NCBI GenBank assembly: GCA_013239625.1
Contig: MU055016.1
Location: 234,867 to 298,866, forward strand
DNA: 64,000 bases
From: Lama guanicoe
Lineage: Eukaryota
Reading direction: 5' to 3'
Shown here: positions 1-13,000 of the stretch, one piece after another
Layout of the letters: each line of letters begins with the position of its first letter
How positions within the stretch are numbered: position 1 is the stretch's first letter
Notes under the pieces: model-generated
Seen by the model: the letters and a program-made list of their open reading frames with translations, nothing else
The model's database searches: none
What the model was told of the DNA's origin: nothing
Translations under genes and position numbers: made by a program

Positions 1-386
1 CCTAGCTGGGTTATGGAACTGAATTTCAGAGAAGGGCAGCGACTTGTCTGAAGTCCCTCAGCTAGCTTGGGGCACAGCCAGCTTCTGTGTCCTGTCCCTG
101 CAGTGTTCTCGCTCCAGGCCTCCCCCACCCCCGAACTCCCCAAAGCAGGAATGGCTCCTCAAGGACCACAGTCCTCCCGGGAATGGGAAGGAGAGATATA
201 TCCCTTGGGACTTAAATCATTTTCAGTCTTTTTTTTTTCCCCTCCTAGTTTTCCTTATTGCAGCCATGACTTTGAATATATGGATCTTTTGCTAATTTTT
301 GTTCTTTGTCTTTTTCAGTTCAAATTAAGGAAACCTATATCCTGCTTCTTTCTGTGAGCAGCGCCTGACTGTGCAGGAGATCAGTC

Positions 387-3300
387 ATGCAGCCGCCGCC
401 CCAGGCGGTCCCGTCAGGCGTGGTCGGGCCACCTCCAGCTAGGAACCCTCAGGGCATGTTCTGGTCCAGCAGCCGGTATAGGAGACAGGCAAATAATAAC
501 GCCCCGGTGGCCCCGGTCACTTGCCCACTGCAGCCGGTGACAGATCCTTTTGCTTTCAGTAGACAGGCGGTCCAGAATACGTCTTTGGACAGTTCGTCTA
601 AAAGCAGCCCATCAGTTTTGCAAGGCCCGGCCCAACCGTCATTTCTTCAGCGTGCTGGTCTGCCTGTGCCCCACACAAATGCCGGGGATAGTTCCCGGGG
701 GCCCTGCGAACCTCTGCCTGGACCTCTGTCGCAGCCCCGGGCAGATTCCAGCCCGTTTCCTGGCCTCTTGACGCCCTCAATGCCACCTGGGCCAGACAGG
801 AGCAGGAGTACCGAGGTCACTCCCAGCTCCAACCCCGAAGTTCAGCCTCTGCTGTGTCCGCCTCAGTACATTCCAGGAGCGGGTCCTGACAGCTCTCACG
901 GGGGCCGTCCTCAGGGGAGTGCGCCTCAGCCCGACAGACCGCTGAGTCTGCCAAGCCCACACGACGGTGCCGTGGTACCGGCAGCATCCCCTTTCTCCCT
1001 TCAGCTTCATCAGCAGATGCCAGGGCAGTGGGGGCCCGTGCAGGGAGGCCCACAACCCTCAGGTCAGCATTACTGGTCTGGTGCAGAAGGACCTGGTCAG
1101 AACACGATGCCCCATGCCTCCGGTGTTGCCCACTTTCCCACTCCGTCCAACCCGCATCAAGGTCCTGGCCACGAGCAACAGAGTCCCCTGGTGTCTTTAC
1201 CAGGACCCTTGGTCAGTGATGGAAGAAATGAGGCAGTCTGTCTGCAAAGTGGAAACCACTCGGCAAACAACTTGGACCCTGAGAACACATCCGCGCAGAA
1301 CTCCAGAGCTGGGACTGCTCGCGCAAGCCACGAGTTCAGGTCGAGTCCAGGAGTGAACAAGGAGCAGTTGCCAGACCTTGCTCTTGTCAATCCATTCACT
1401 CAGGGAAATAGCCCGGAAAGCCATTTGCACTACCCTCTGGGGGCTGGGGGCAACTGGACCGTGCCGGAAGTGGGCTCGGGAGCGCTCTCCATGTTTTTCC
1501 AAGGAGGAGAGACAGAGAATGAGGAGAACCTCTCATCTGAAAAAACAGGCTCTGCTGCTCAGTCCGACTCAGATGGTTTGTCCCCCAGCCTGGGACTCGG
1601 TCATCCTCCTGCCCATGTGGGAGCCAGAGGAACCTATCAGACCTTTCTCAGAGGTTCCAACAGCGAGACCATGCAGCAGGGAGAAGACATGCAGTCTTAT
1701 TTTACCCAGTCTGCAGGCTTCCAGCAGGATAAACCAGCCACTCAGAATGCTGCTCTTGACGTGTGGGGTGATGCAGCCAGCGCAGGGACTCATAACGCTG
1801 GCGGCTCCCAGTACGAGAATGTGGAAAACTTAGAGTTCATGCAGAATCAGGAAGTTCTTCCAAGTGAGCCCCAAAGTTTGGACCCTTCCTGCCCAGGCGA
1901 TCCGCTCAGATATGGACCCCTTCCCGGGCCAGCTGTCCCCAGACTCAGTGCTATGGGCCACACTGGAGGCGGGGGCCCAAATATCGAGGCCCCAGACGCA
2001 ATGCCACACCCCGTGCGATCTGATAGCACATCCTCCAGTTACAGCGGCAAGAGCCCCCGGGGCCTTAGCAGTGCAGCCACGTCCGACGACGCGGGGGGCA
2101 CCTTCATTCAGCAGGAGGTTGGAAAACCTGAAGATGAGGCTCCGGGGAGGTTTTTTAAGCAAATTGATTCCTCTCCCATTGGAAGCAAGACAGACAAACC
2201 CACCACGAGCCAGAACTACTGCAGCGGCCTGTCCCAGCCCTCAACCCCCAGCCCCCCAAAACCTACGGGCATATTTCAGACAAGTGCAAATAGTTCTTTT
2301 GAACCCGTGAAAGCCCACCTCGTTGGAGTGAAACCGGTTGAGGCAGATCGCGCCAACGTGGTGGGTGAGGTGAGGGGGACCAGCACTCACCAGAAGCAGC
2401 GCAGACCAGGCGCTGCCCCGCCTGACACCTCCCCGGGCAACCTGGAGCAGCCACCGGACAACATGGAGACCCTCTCCCTCCCCCAGCTCTGTGCCCTGCC
2501 TCTCACTACACCTGTGGAAGCCAGTCATGGGCTCCTGCATGCCAGGGCGCCGCCCTTGGAAAGTGTGCTTCCAGCACCTGAGAAAAGGCCCTCGACCAGG
2601 GCTCAAGGAGCTGGGAAGTGTGAGAGCCCAGCCACGACTCTGTGGGCGCAGAACGAGCTGCCAGATTTTGGAGGCAACGTCCTCCTAGCCCCAGCTGCTC
2701 CCGCACTTCACGTGCCTGTGAAACCTCGGCCACCTGAAGTCATCCAGCCTCCAGACGAGGGGTTGTCTGGTCGGCATTCCCGGCAGCCTGTCCCTGTCCC
2801 TGTCCCTGTCCCCACCGTGCAGAGCGGGGATGCCATTGGTGCTTCTGAGAATCTCGAGAACCCTCCCCAGATGGGCGAAGAGGAGGCCCTCCAGTCCCAG
2901 GCAAGTCCCGGTTATGCCAGTCTTCTGTCCTCGCCACCCACCGAGTCTTTGCAGAATCAGCCAGTCTTGATCACCCAGCCTGATCAAAGCTATAATTTGG
3001 CTCAGCCCATGAATTTTCCTGTGTCCTTACCAAATCCTAATGAGAAGAATCATTCCTGGAGAGATTCATTGGTGGGAGACAAGGCCACAATAGGCAGCCG
3101 AGCTGTCGGGAGTGATTCTGGAGAAAATGCTGCTTTGTCTGGGGTTCTGGCTGGCTCTCTCTTCTGCTCGCCTCTGCCTCACAATCTTGCCCAGAGTAAT
3201 TCCCCACAAGTTTCTGGTACCTCTGAAATGGTTTCTAATCTACCAGCTAATTTGCTGATTCAACCATCGTGTCATCCAACTCCAAAGAACTTGCTTCCAG

Positions 3301-4007
3301 AAAGTCAAAAGACTGAAAATGCAGAGAACGTGCTTCCCGAGTTAGTTAATAGTCCTGGGGGAAGCACCGGCGTGATGTTAGTACCACCTGCAAACAGTGC
3401 CTCAGTACCCAGTAGTAATAAGGCAGATCTCCCCAGTAACCGGGATGGAACTTCAGGAGCACTAGACTGCTCTCTAACTAGGACTTCGGAAAATCCTGTG
3501 AGAATGTATAGCCCGTCCCATTCTGATGGCCCAGCTCCTGGTCAGCAAACCATCGCCAGTCATCCCAGACCACCTGAGCCTGGGCCGCATACCCCAGACC
3601 ATTTCTACCAACAGGTGATGAAAGATGCTCAGGACCAGCACAGCCTAGAGAGAGCCCAGCAGGAGCCAGTGCCACCTCTTCCCCTTCCACCAGCACCCAA
3701 AGCAGCTCTTTCAGAACCTCCAGACCCAGGAAGTCCCTTAGCGCAAGGACAGCCCCAGAACTCAGCCCATCCTCCTGCAAGTCCGGCTCCAGCTGACGCG
3801 GGCCAGCAGCTGCTGCCTCGGCCACCTCGGTCCTCCAGCGCATCCGTCGTGTCCACCAGCTCGAGCCAGGCAGCCGCGCGGTCAGACCAGCAGTGGCCGC
3901 AGCAGCCGCCTCCAGACCTGGCGTCCTACTACTATTACAGGCACCTGTATGACGGCTTCCAGCCCCCGTACCCGCCGGATCCTGGCCCCGCTCCCCACTA
4001 CTACCAG
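387..4007 (+). CDS. SEC16A: SEC16A first coding exon (large, Pro/Ser/Gln-rich disordered N-terminus, 1207 codons)
   Basis: ORF 387..4112 is cut by the donor CAG|gtaggg after 4007. The acceptor tttttcag ends at 318, so the exon starts at 319 with 5'UTR. Confidence 0.95.
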
Positions 4008-7000
4008 GTAGGGTCGAGCCCTTGGGCCGTCAAGTCCTCTGACCAGTGGTTTTTCCTGCAATGCCGTGCCCCTGGGCAGGGCCCTGCTGGTCAGGTCCGA
4101 GATGCCCCGTAGCCCCGTTTCTGGCGCCCACTGCTTTATGAGAGGAGAGCTCCTCCTGAGCGCGGCCCCTCTCTGGGGAGTCCAGGTGGCGCGTTAGCAT
4201 GTTGGGCTGGGTTGGATACCTGCTTAATTTCTGTTGAACACAGCATACCCCAACCTATGTGACAGAAGGGACCTCTGTTTGCTGTCAGACCTGTTGGCTC
4301 TCCACAGACCCAGAGTTCTGGGTCACACACTTTGGGAAGCGGATGGCCTCGTGAAGCTTCTTTGTTGTTTTGACACCAAAAACCCACCTGAGAACAACAG
4401 GACACGTCTAGACTTATCAGCCTCTCCTTTAGAATTAGATCATTTAGGGAAGAAAGTTAGGTTTGGAATGTAATCCAAATGAAACAGCTAAGCCAAGAGG
4501 TGGAATTCCATAAACTTCCCCCAGGTACCTGGTGATACCAGCAGCAGAGCAAGGCGCCCCCCTGTGCTACACACAAGATTCTTGCCTCTTCACAGTGATG
4601 CAGACTCACAACTGTTTAACCTTGCATTAATGTGAGAAGCACGGTCCAGGTGGACACGGTTGGTTACTGCCTGCTTCTCACCACCTCTGGCCCTGGCCAG
4701 CATCGCCCACACCCAGCTGAGGCAGGAGGACTGTGGGCCAGAAGTGTGGCACCCACTGTGTCAGCAGAGGCTGACAGAGCAGGGCTGTCACCAGTGGCAC
4801 TGGGGGCTGCCCCGGCGATGGGGGCCCGTGCCCACCTCGTGGGCTTTGGGACCTTTGTATATGTGTGAGCAGTTACACGCCTAACCCCTGAGGCCTGCGA
4901 ATCCTAGATCCAGAAGGAACCCCGGGACTTTTATTTCGCAGAAGGAAGTTATGCGCTGCCAAGAGCTCGGGGAGGGAGCCATGTACCTTCATTGGGTCTT
5001 CTGTGTAGCAGCTACTTCTGCGTCCCAGAGGTTCCACCCAGCACCCTGCATCACTTTGTGGGAGCCCACTTCTTTCTGCCTTTCTCTGTTTCATTGCAGT
5101 TCCCATCAGGGTCAAGAATCAGTCCATCTTACGTGATTTCTCATTCTCTGCCAGATGATGGCGAGGGTCAGGCTCTGAGACAGAAGGACTGACTCTGGCT
5201 TGTGCCCCCGTCACCTCATCTCTGCTTCTGGGCCCAGCGTGTCCACTCCTTAGAGCCATGGGGGTTCATTGATCTGAAATGGGCTGGAAGCTTCATGCAA
5301 ATAGCATGATCCTCCTTTTGAGGCTGCTTGTAGCTTCAGGACCCATTTTAGTGGAACCCTTGTTCCACTGAGGCACCTGAGACAGTGTCTGAAATAGGGC
5401 CCAAGCTTGGGGGTCATGGCACCTACACACACCACACCTCAGGAAACAGAAGCCTCGCAGCCCTGGGAGAGTCACTGCCGCCCTCTCCCCGGAGCCTGCT
5501 GGCCTGCGGCCCCGTGCTGAGCGCGGTGGGCTGCGGGAGGGAGAAGCTGCACCTGCCTGTGGCTGCGGCTTTCAGTCTAGCTTTTTCTTTCGTGTCAGTG
5601 AAGGGAGCCCTACCTCTGGGCTCCTCCTGGAGAGCATCACTGTGGGTGCTCGTGCCAGTTGCTTAACAAGTTGGCTCTTGGTATCTAATGAGACATCCGT
5701 CTTTCAACAGGACGTCTATGGCCTGTACGATCCCAGATACAGGCCGTACGACAGCGCGGCGGCCGCCTACGCAGACAGCTACCGCTACCCCGAGCCCGAG
5801 CGTCCCAGCTCCCGCGCGAGTCACTGCTCCGACCGGCCGGCTGCCAGGTGATCGGTGTTCGTGCTGCCAGCTGTGCTAGTAACTTAGTGATTTCAGAAAG
5901 ACCGTGTTTGTGAGGAATGATACGAGCCTGTTTAACATGTTTGCATCTTGTCAGTGTGGACAGGTGGTAGGATGCGTTTTTAAACTGAACTACCGCCTGT
6001 TCTTTGCACCTTGAACTACCAAGCACATTGCCACACAGTCACAGTCGTGGCTGTGTCGTCAGCTGCACTGGTTGGGCCAGGCCCTGTGCAGGGCCGCTGT
6101 GAAGCCACCAGCGCCCCCATGCAGGGTTCCTTCCGGGCCAGGCATTGTCCCATCGCTGAGGCACACACACAGCTCTTCGGGCTTGCTAAGCGAAACTTCA
6201 CGGTCCTTGGACCAAGGCAGCTTTCCCACTTGTGGTTACAGAGGTGCCCTGCTTCCCAGGCCAGGCAGGCTGGGCGGAATTCAGAGCTGGCCCGCTGGCC
6301 CGCTGGCCCTGACAGCCCGGCTTCTTTCCCCAGAGCCTGTGCCCATGGCAGCTCGCCCTCACACCTCGGGAGTGACCTGTCCCATGGTGGGGGTTTGCTA
6401 CAAGGTCATGTGGTCCTTAACCTTCATAGAGAAAGTCCGGTCACAGGTGAAGGCTTCATGCACACACTGCCTTTCAAAGCAGTGGGCTCCTTATGCTGGT
6501 TCTTTGAGGCCTCAGTAGCCTGTCCGGAGACAGGGCTCTACCTCTGTGAGCTTTCGCCTGTGCAGCTGGCCTCTCCCCACGCGGCTCTACAGGGACGAGC
6601 TGACCTGCATGTAGCCCGGTGCTCTGGGTGCTTCATGTGCGAGAGTACCTGGCTTCCCCAGAAGCAAGGTTGGAGTCCCAGTGGGCAGGTGTTTTCTGGT
6701 ACCCCTGGGAGGCGCAGGAGAGAGGAGGGAGGAGCCAGGCACATCTGGCCCTTCCTGTTTTCCCTGCCTCTGCCTGCCACCTGCTGCGTAATGTGGCACT
6801 TCATTCAAGAGGCCACGGAGGCACCGTGCTGCTGGGGGGCACCTGCGTGGAGGCTCGGTCGGATTACCTTGCAGTGGTTCTGTCACCTGATCCGCAGCGT
6901 CTCCGCGTCTCCCCCACTTCCTTGGGACGGCTCTGGGGAGCAGCCTCCCCTTTCCTGCCCTGCGTGCTTGTGTATGCACAAGAGTGTGTGCCTGGTGGTG

Positions 7001-10000
7001 TTCTCGCACAGCGGGGAGCATCAGCTTGTCTGTCTGCTGCGTGGTGTGAGCTCTTGAGAAGGGGACACGCCTTATGTTTCTGTGTGTATGTCTTTCCTGA
7101 TAGACACGCAGGGTTGGCCAGGGCAGCCAGGAGGTGGCGCGCTCCGGGGTTTGCCCATCAGGTGGTTTTTCCGGAGCCCCCGCTGGTGTGTGCAGGCAGG
7201 GCAGTCCAGTGTGCTCCCCACAAGGCCCCCAGCCCAGCGGGTGTTCGTGGGGCTGAGCAGGGCCGGGTGGTGGCGGGAGCACACTCCTCACGGGCAGCAC
7301 CCCACCCCCAGGAGTGAGCCGGCTGAGTGAAACATTCCTGAAGGGGCACGTTTTCAAAATCAGATCCTGTCTGAGTCTTACTCTTAGAAGACAGAAACGG
7401 TGGGAGAGTATAGCTCAGCAGTAGAGCACCTGCTTAGCATGCACAGGGTCCTGGGTTCAATCCCAGTACTTCCATTAAAAAAAAAAACCCCAGAAAACCT
7501 CACATAAACAACAACAAAAAAACAAAAATGCTATCAAGTCCTTCCAAGAATCTTACTGCCCCAGAAATTCTGACACCTGACCTTCCCGCTGAGGTCTGCC
7601 TTTCCTGTGGTGAGAGGTAGTGTCCAGCTAGGTCTGTGAAGCTGACCTTGATCACTTCCGTGGGGAGTCCCGAGCCAGGCAGCTCTGAGGATGCCAGGGG
7701 CCCCTTACCTTACCGCTCGGCGCGCAGTCTGTATAGTGGGTGTCAAAGTCGGCCTCAGGTTGGTTTGATAGCTTAGTGCTTTTTGCTTCAGCAGGCATGA
7801 TAACAAAATCGTGAGGAGCTGTTCCAGCGCCGGCTTTTCTAGGACACAGCACTGAGAACGCAGAAGAGGGTCCGTTCTTTTATGCGGAACAACACTTAAA
7901 TAGTTACTCCCACAGATACATCTCAGTTCTCTATGTGTAGGGAATCCCGCAGTCTTATCACCGTTACTGGTTTGGATCTTCTGATTAGAATTTTCTCGCA
8001 ACCAAGGTGCTTTGATCAATGCTTGGTACTCTGGTATAATTCGTATTGACTGATAGCTTGTGGCACTTTAAGAAATAGGTAATTTGTTTTTTAACAGCAC
8101 TGTGTGTTTTTCAGGCAAGGGTATCCTGAAGGTTACTATCATTCCAAAAGTGGATGGAGCAGTCAGAGTGACTACTATGCAAATTACTACTCCAGCCAGT
8201 ACAGTTATGGAGGTAAGTGCAGGGCTTTTAGTCGGCCGACCCCTAGCAAACCTGTGTTTAGACCACTAGTGCAGCCAGGTGCAAAGCAGCAGCCTATGGG
8301 ATTTCTTAGGAGACTTCCCTTTTTATTAGTCTTATAATTTTATTCAAGAGCCAAAGTAATTGAAAATGATCTGTATCTGGCCATAATTGTATTTTGTTGC
8401 TATTCATTAAAAAGTTGTATCTTAACTATAGAATTAATGCATCTTCATCACGTTAGTAGTTTTCTTTGATTTTTTATTTCTTTGATAATTTTCAGTAGTC
8501 CTAGAGTGGCCTGGCCCATACGTGGCTGTTTAAATTAATGAAAGTAAGTAAAATGAGGGACCGCCTGTTCTTTGCACCAGCCATATCTGACATGCGCAGG
8601 GCCACACGTGGCTGGGGTCCCCGTGTTGGATGGTGTGGACATAAGACATTCCCCTCGCTGCCCCAGGCGCCACCAGCGTCGGGCAGTGTATGAGAGTGGG
8701 TGTGTGTCCCCTGAGCAGCCCTGCTGGTCCCCCTCCCTGGCAGTGACCAGATGCAGGTTCCAGAGTCTGCAGCCCCTCGCTGTCCTGACACGTTCACCCT
8801 CCACATCCCACAGGCCTCTTCCTCCCCTTTTACGTTTACACTGCTTTACACATAAGTTCTGCGCACAGCTGCCCAAAATGGAGTATCTGGTTTGTTTGTA
8901 ATGCTAATGTGCTTTTTTTAAAGCAGTCTTCCCGTTTTGAGAGTATTTAGACTCTCTGAACCACATTAGAGAGAAAAGATATGAGTAAACTGGGTAGTCA
9001 CAGGATCAACTATTAAAAAGCAGTAACTACAAGTAACAACTTAATAAAAATGTTTTGTTGGGGAGAGTATAGCTCAAACGATAGAGTGCATGCTTAGCAT
9101 GCACGAGGTCCTGGGTTCAATCCCCAGTACCACCTCCAAATATAAATAAATAAACTCAGTTACCTCTCCCTCATAAAAAACAAACCAAGAAAAATAAATG
9201 AAGAAGTCTTTCAGCATTTTTTTTTCTTTTTAATTATGTATATTGAGAAAAAAACAGCCAGTGGCCATTGGGTATCAGTACAGTCAAGCTCACAGCTAAT
9301 ATCCCCAGGGTTGTGTTGGTTTTCGGGCGGAAAGTTTGGTTCCTCTAGGAGGCGGAAAGCATTCTTTGGTCCTGGGGTGCCATGGTTTCTCCAGTGATGG
9401 CTGAGGGGTGTCTTGCACATTGTGTTGACCCGTTGATCTCTGGCCTACAGATCCTGGTCGCTGGGATCGGTACCACTATGGTTCTCAGTTCAGGGATCCC
9501 CGCTCCTACGACCGGGGGTATTGGTACAACACTGAATACGACACATACAGGAAGGAAAGCTGTGCTTATGGTGACAGGTTAGTGACACACACCTTGACGA
9601 TGAGGGCTGGTGGTAAATCAGAGCCGCACTTTTGCGTCTCTGCCCTGGTGTCTTTGTGATTCACTCAGGAGCTCCAGTTGTGTTGGGTTTCTGGTGGACG
9701 GCTGACGTCACAGTCACCGTCTGGAAGAGGAGGATGAACCAGGTGCTTCTGGCGAGTCTTTCTCTGGGCTGCTGGAGGAGGCCTGGCCTCAGAACCAGTG
9801 CCGGGGGCCGGTTCGCTCCTCTCCTCGGTGCCATGAGTGGCACGCTGGGCCGACTTGCAGCAGTGCCTTGAGGCTCATGGTGGGGCCTGAACTTGGGCTC
9901 AGGAGACAGCAGCTCCTCACTCAAGGGGGGCTCCGACCCGTGTTCTTAGGCCCGGGACTCGGGGTGATGGGGGCGTGGTGGGGCCATGGTGGGGCCCCTG

Positions 10001-13000
10001 TGTAGCGGGTGCACAGCGGCCCTGGAGCACCCTCCCAACTTCCCTTCCCCTGCCACTGCCCCACTGCCCCTCCAGGCCCGAGAAGTACGACGACCAGTGG
10101 AAGTACGACCCTCGCTTCACCGGGAGCTTCGACGACGACCCCGAGCCCCACAGGGAGCCCTACGGCGGGGAGGCAGACCGGCGCAGCGTCCACAGCGAGC
10201 GCTCGGCTCGCAGCCTGCGCAGCCGCAGTGGCAGCTTCAGCTCACAGTCGCAGCAGGTGGGCGGGCGCGCTGCCCTGGCCTCGACCCGGCGGGTCTGCCC
10301 GCCTGCCCAGGCCTCACAACGTCCCTGTTTGCTTTCTGCTCTCGAAGAGTCAGATTTACCGAAGTCACAACATGACGGCCGGTTCCTACGAGGCACCCCC
10401 TCCACCAGGCTCCCTCCACGGCGACTACGCCTACAGCACCTACGGCGGCAGTCTCCACGGTGCCCTGGGCTTCCCGGAGTACAGCTACCCCGCCGATGCC
10501 GGCTGGCCCTCCGTGGAGCATGGTGTGTGTGGTTGAGGACCATCTGGGCCTGTGATGAGACACAGGGACTGGGCTATACCTGGGACGGGTGCTGGTGATG
10601 GCCCGGCCTGGTGGCTTTCCTGCAGAGAAGGGCACCTGTCCTGCTGAGTGACAGCTTGCCACGCTGGGCTGGCAGCGTCCCTTGGGCTGCAGTTTGGCTC
10701 ACAGGCTTGAGAGCTGCCCAGCCTGTCTGTTGTGTCCGTGTCAGTGTGACCGAGGACAGGCTCACGGCTGAGCTCTCGGGCAGGGCCTTGTGGTCACCCT
10801 GTGCTGACTACAGGGGTCAGCGGCTTGTGGAGGAAAGCTCTAACTCCACTCGGAAAAACCCCTGTTCGTACACTTACCACACGGGCCACATCCTCAGCTC
10901 ACCTCTGAAGTGTCTGGTCAAATGCTGTTTCTTGGAAAACTGCACAAGCATGTGTGGAGTTCTGTACTATAGCAGCATGAAGCAGAGGTGGGATGGCTGC
11001 TTCGCTAGTGTCCTGTCTGTTAAGCACCTCGCTGTCTGTGGCCTGTGGTGCTTTCCTCTTGGTCACTTTCATTTTGGTTTCTCTTCTGTTTTCTTTTTTT
11101 CAAATGGAGGTACTGGGAATTGAACTAAGTACCTCCTGCATGCGCAGCGCGTCCTCTACCAACTGAGCTATCCTCCCACACTCTCTCGGTCACTTCCGTT
11201 GCTCCTCCGACGTTTGCTCTGAGGTTGGGGGTGCAGTGGGGGCTGTGGGAGGGTGCCCCAGCCCAGGGGGCGGTGCACTGCGCTGCTTTGTGTAACACAT
11301 GCATCCTGGCAGTTCTTAAAGGAGCGCTGTGATTTAAAGAATAGTTCTTGTGTTTAATGATTTGAATGTTTTTCTGACATATGTTTAAGTTCTATTTTTT
11401 AATAGGATATTTAACAGTTACTGATCTCTAGTAGAAAGTCGGGTTGTCGTGATAAACCTGTGATTCCAGCTGCACAGGCATCTTGAGAATTTAAGCTGTT
11501 GATCTAGTTCAGAAGCATTAAAATGTAACAAGCCTATTGTTTCTTTTTCACTTTATTTAACGTAGCTCCATCAAGACCAACGTCTCCTGAGAAGTTCTCA
11601 GTGCCTCATATCTGTGCCAGGTTTGGTCCTGGGGGTCAGCTCATTAAAGTGATTCCGAATTTGCCTTCGGAAGGACAGCCTGCATTGGTTGAAATTCACA
11701 GCATGGAGGTAATTCCACGGGTAGAAATTCCACGTCACAGCCCAGGCTGCCCCCTGCCCTCCACTCTGCTTGGCAATCTTAGCATCTTCAATTTGTGAGT
11801 CTCTGTCTGAAAAAACAACCTTGGGAAATGTTTATTCTTGTAAATCTTCAATTTGTAGATCTTTTTGGTTGTTTGGTCGTCTCTTTTTCCTCCCAGAAGT
11901 TGGCATTTTAAGAATCTGCTTTGGGTACCATGTTAGACTTGGTTTTACCGTGTGTTCATTTTCTGTGCTTGCTTGAATTTCTGATTTTGGAGGGAGAACC
12001 CTGTCCATGGTCACTTCCCTGGTGATTTTGGAGAGTGGGTGGAGGTGCGTTATGATCTCTGGGGGCCGTGTGGGTTGCCCTGTTCCGTGCCCTGGCAGGC
12101 CTGTCCTGTGACTTCTTTCCAGGCCCTGCCTCAGAGTTTGGACAGGGAGAGGGAGGGTTGGTCTCACTGCTTAAAATACAGTTAGAAAATCATTGTTGTA
12201 GAGCAGACATGCCTGCGGTCCGTGATGGAGGCCTTTGCCCCCCACGTCGAGGGACAGGCCATCCCCAGGACCGCGTCTGTCACTCCATCTGCAGGCAGAG
12301 CCAGCAGAGGCAGGCCGGGTCAGGCAGTGATGTGCCTGCACCCCGTGAGCTGCTCTCTCTCTGTCCCCCGCAGATCTTGCTGCAGCACAGGCCGGAGCAG
12401 GAGGAGATGCGGTTGTTCCCAGGGCCTCTTGGCAAGTACGTGCCCCGCGGAAGCAGTCCGCCACGCATGTCCCGGCAGTGCCGAGCGTGGCCTCACAGAT
12501 GCAGTGTTGCTGTTCACTGAGTGTGTGTTCTTTTTTCAGAGATGACACCCATAAAGTGGATGTTATTAATTTTGCGCAGAACAAAGCTACAAAATGTTTG
12601 CAGAATGAAAATCTAATTGACAAAGAGTCTGCAAGTCTTCTTTGGAGCTTTATTGTTCTGTTATGCAGACAGAATGGGGTATGTTTCTCTTTGCTTTTAG
12701 GGTGGTTCTTTTGTCAGGATCCTCAGTCCCCCCAAGGAGTTGGGCAGGTCTCTGGCCCAGGCTGTGCACGGGGAGCAGTGCTGCCATCCAGGACTCCCCT
12801 GGGAAGAAGGGCTTGGCAGTCATTGGGGGAAGTGGGGGCCAAGCAGGGCCTGTGGTCTGGGGTGGAGGGAGGTTTGGGCTCACTGTCCTTGGCCTGTCTG
12901 GTGGCCCATCTTGGTCCTAGGCAGGTTGGGAGCAGCGCCTTGTGCCCTAGGGGACCAGGACCAGTCCTGTCTGGTCGCTCTTGCAGGAAGTTCTCTTCGT

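Noticed and set aside
195-345. ATATCC motifs resembling U12-type 5' splice sites upstream of the SEC16A ATG
   Set aside because: Neither matches RTATCCTT fully, and I found no paired U12 branch point or AC acceptor. The upstream non-coding exon structure could not be resolved.
6011-7357. Long overlapping ORFs (348, 256 and 232 aa) in a SEC16A intron
   Set aside because: No recognisable domain, the 348-aa ORF starts at TTG, and the composition is typical of GC-rich non-coding DNA where stops are scarce.
9060-9135. tRNA-like sequences here and at 7402, 11105, 16860 and 29220
   Set aside because: They have A-rich tails, degenerate stems and in some cases TSDs, so they are SINEs rather than tRNA genes.
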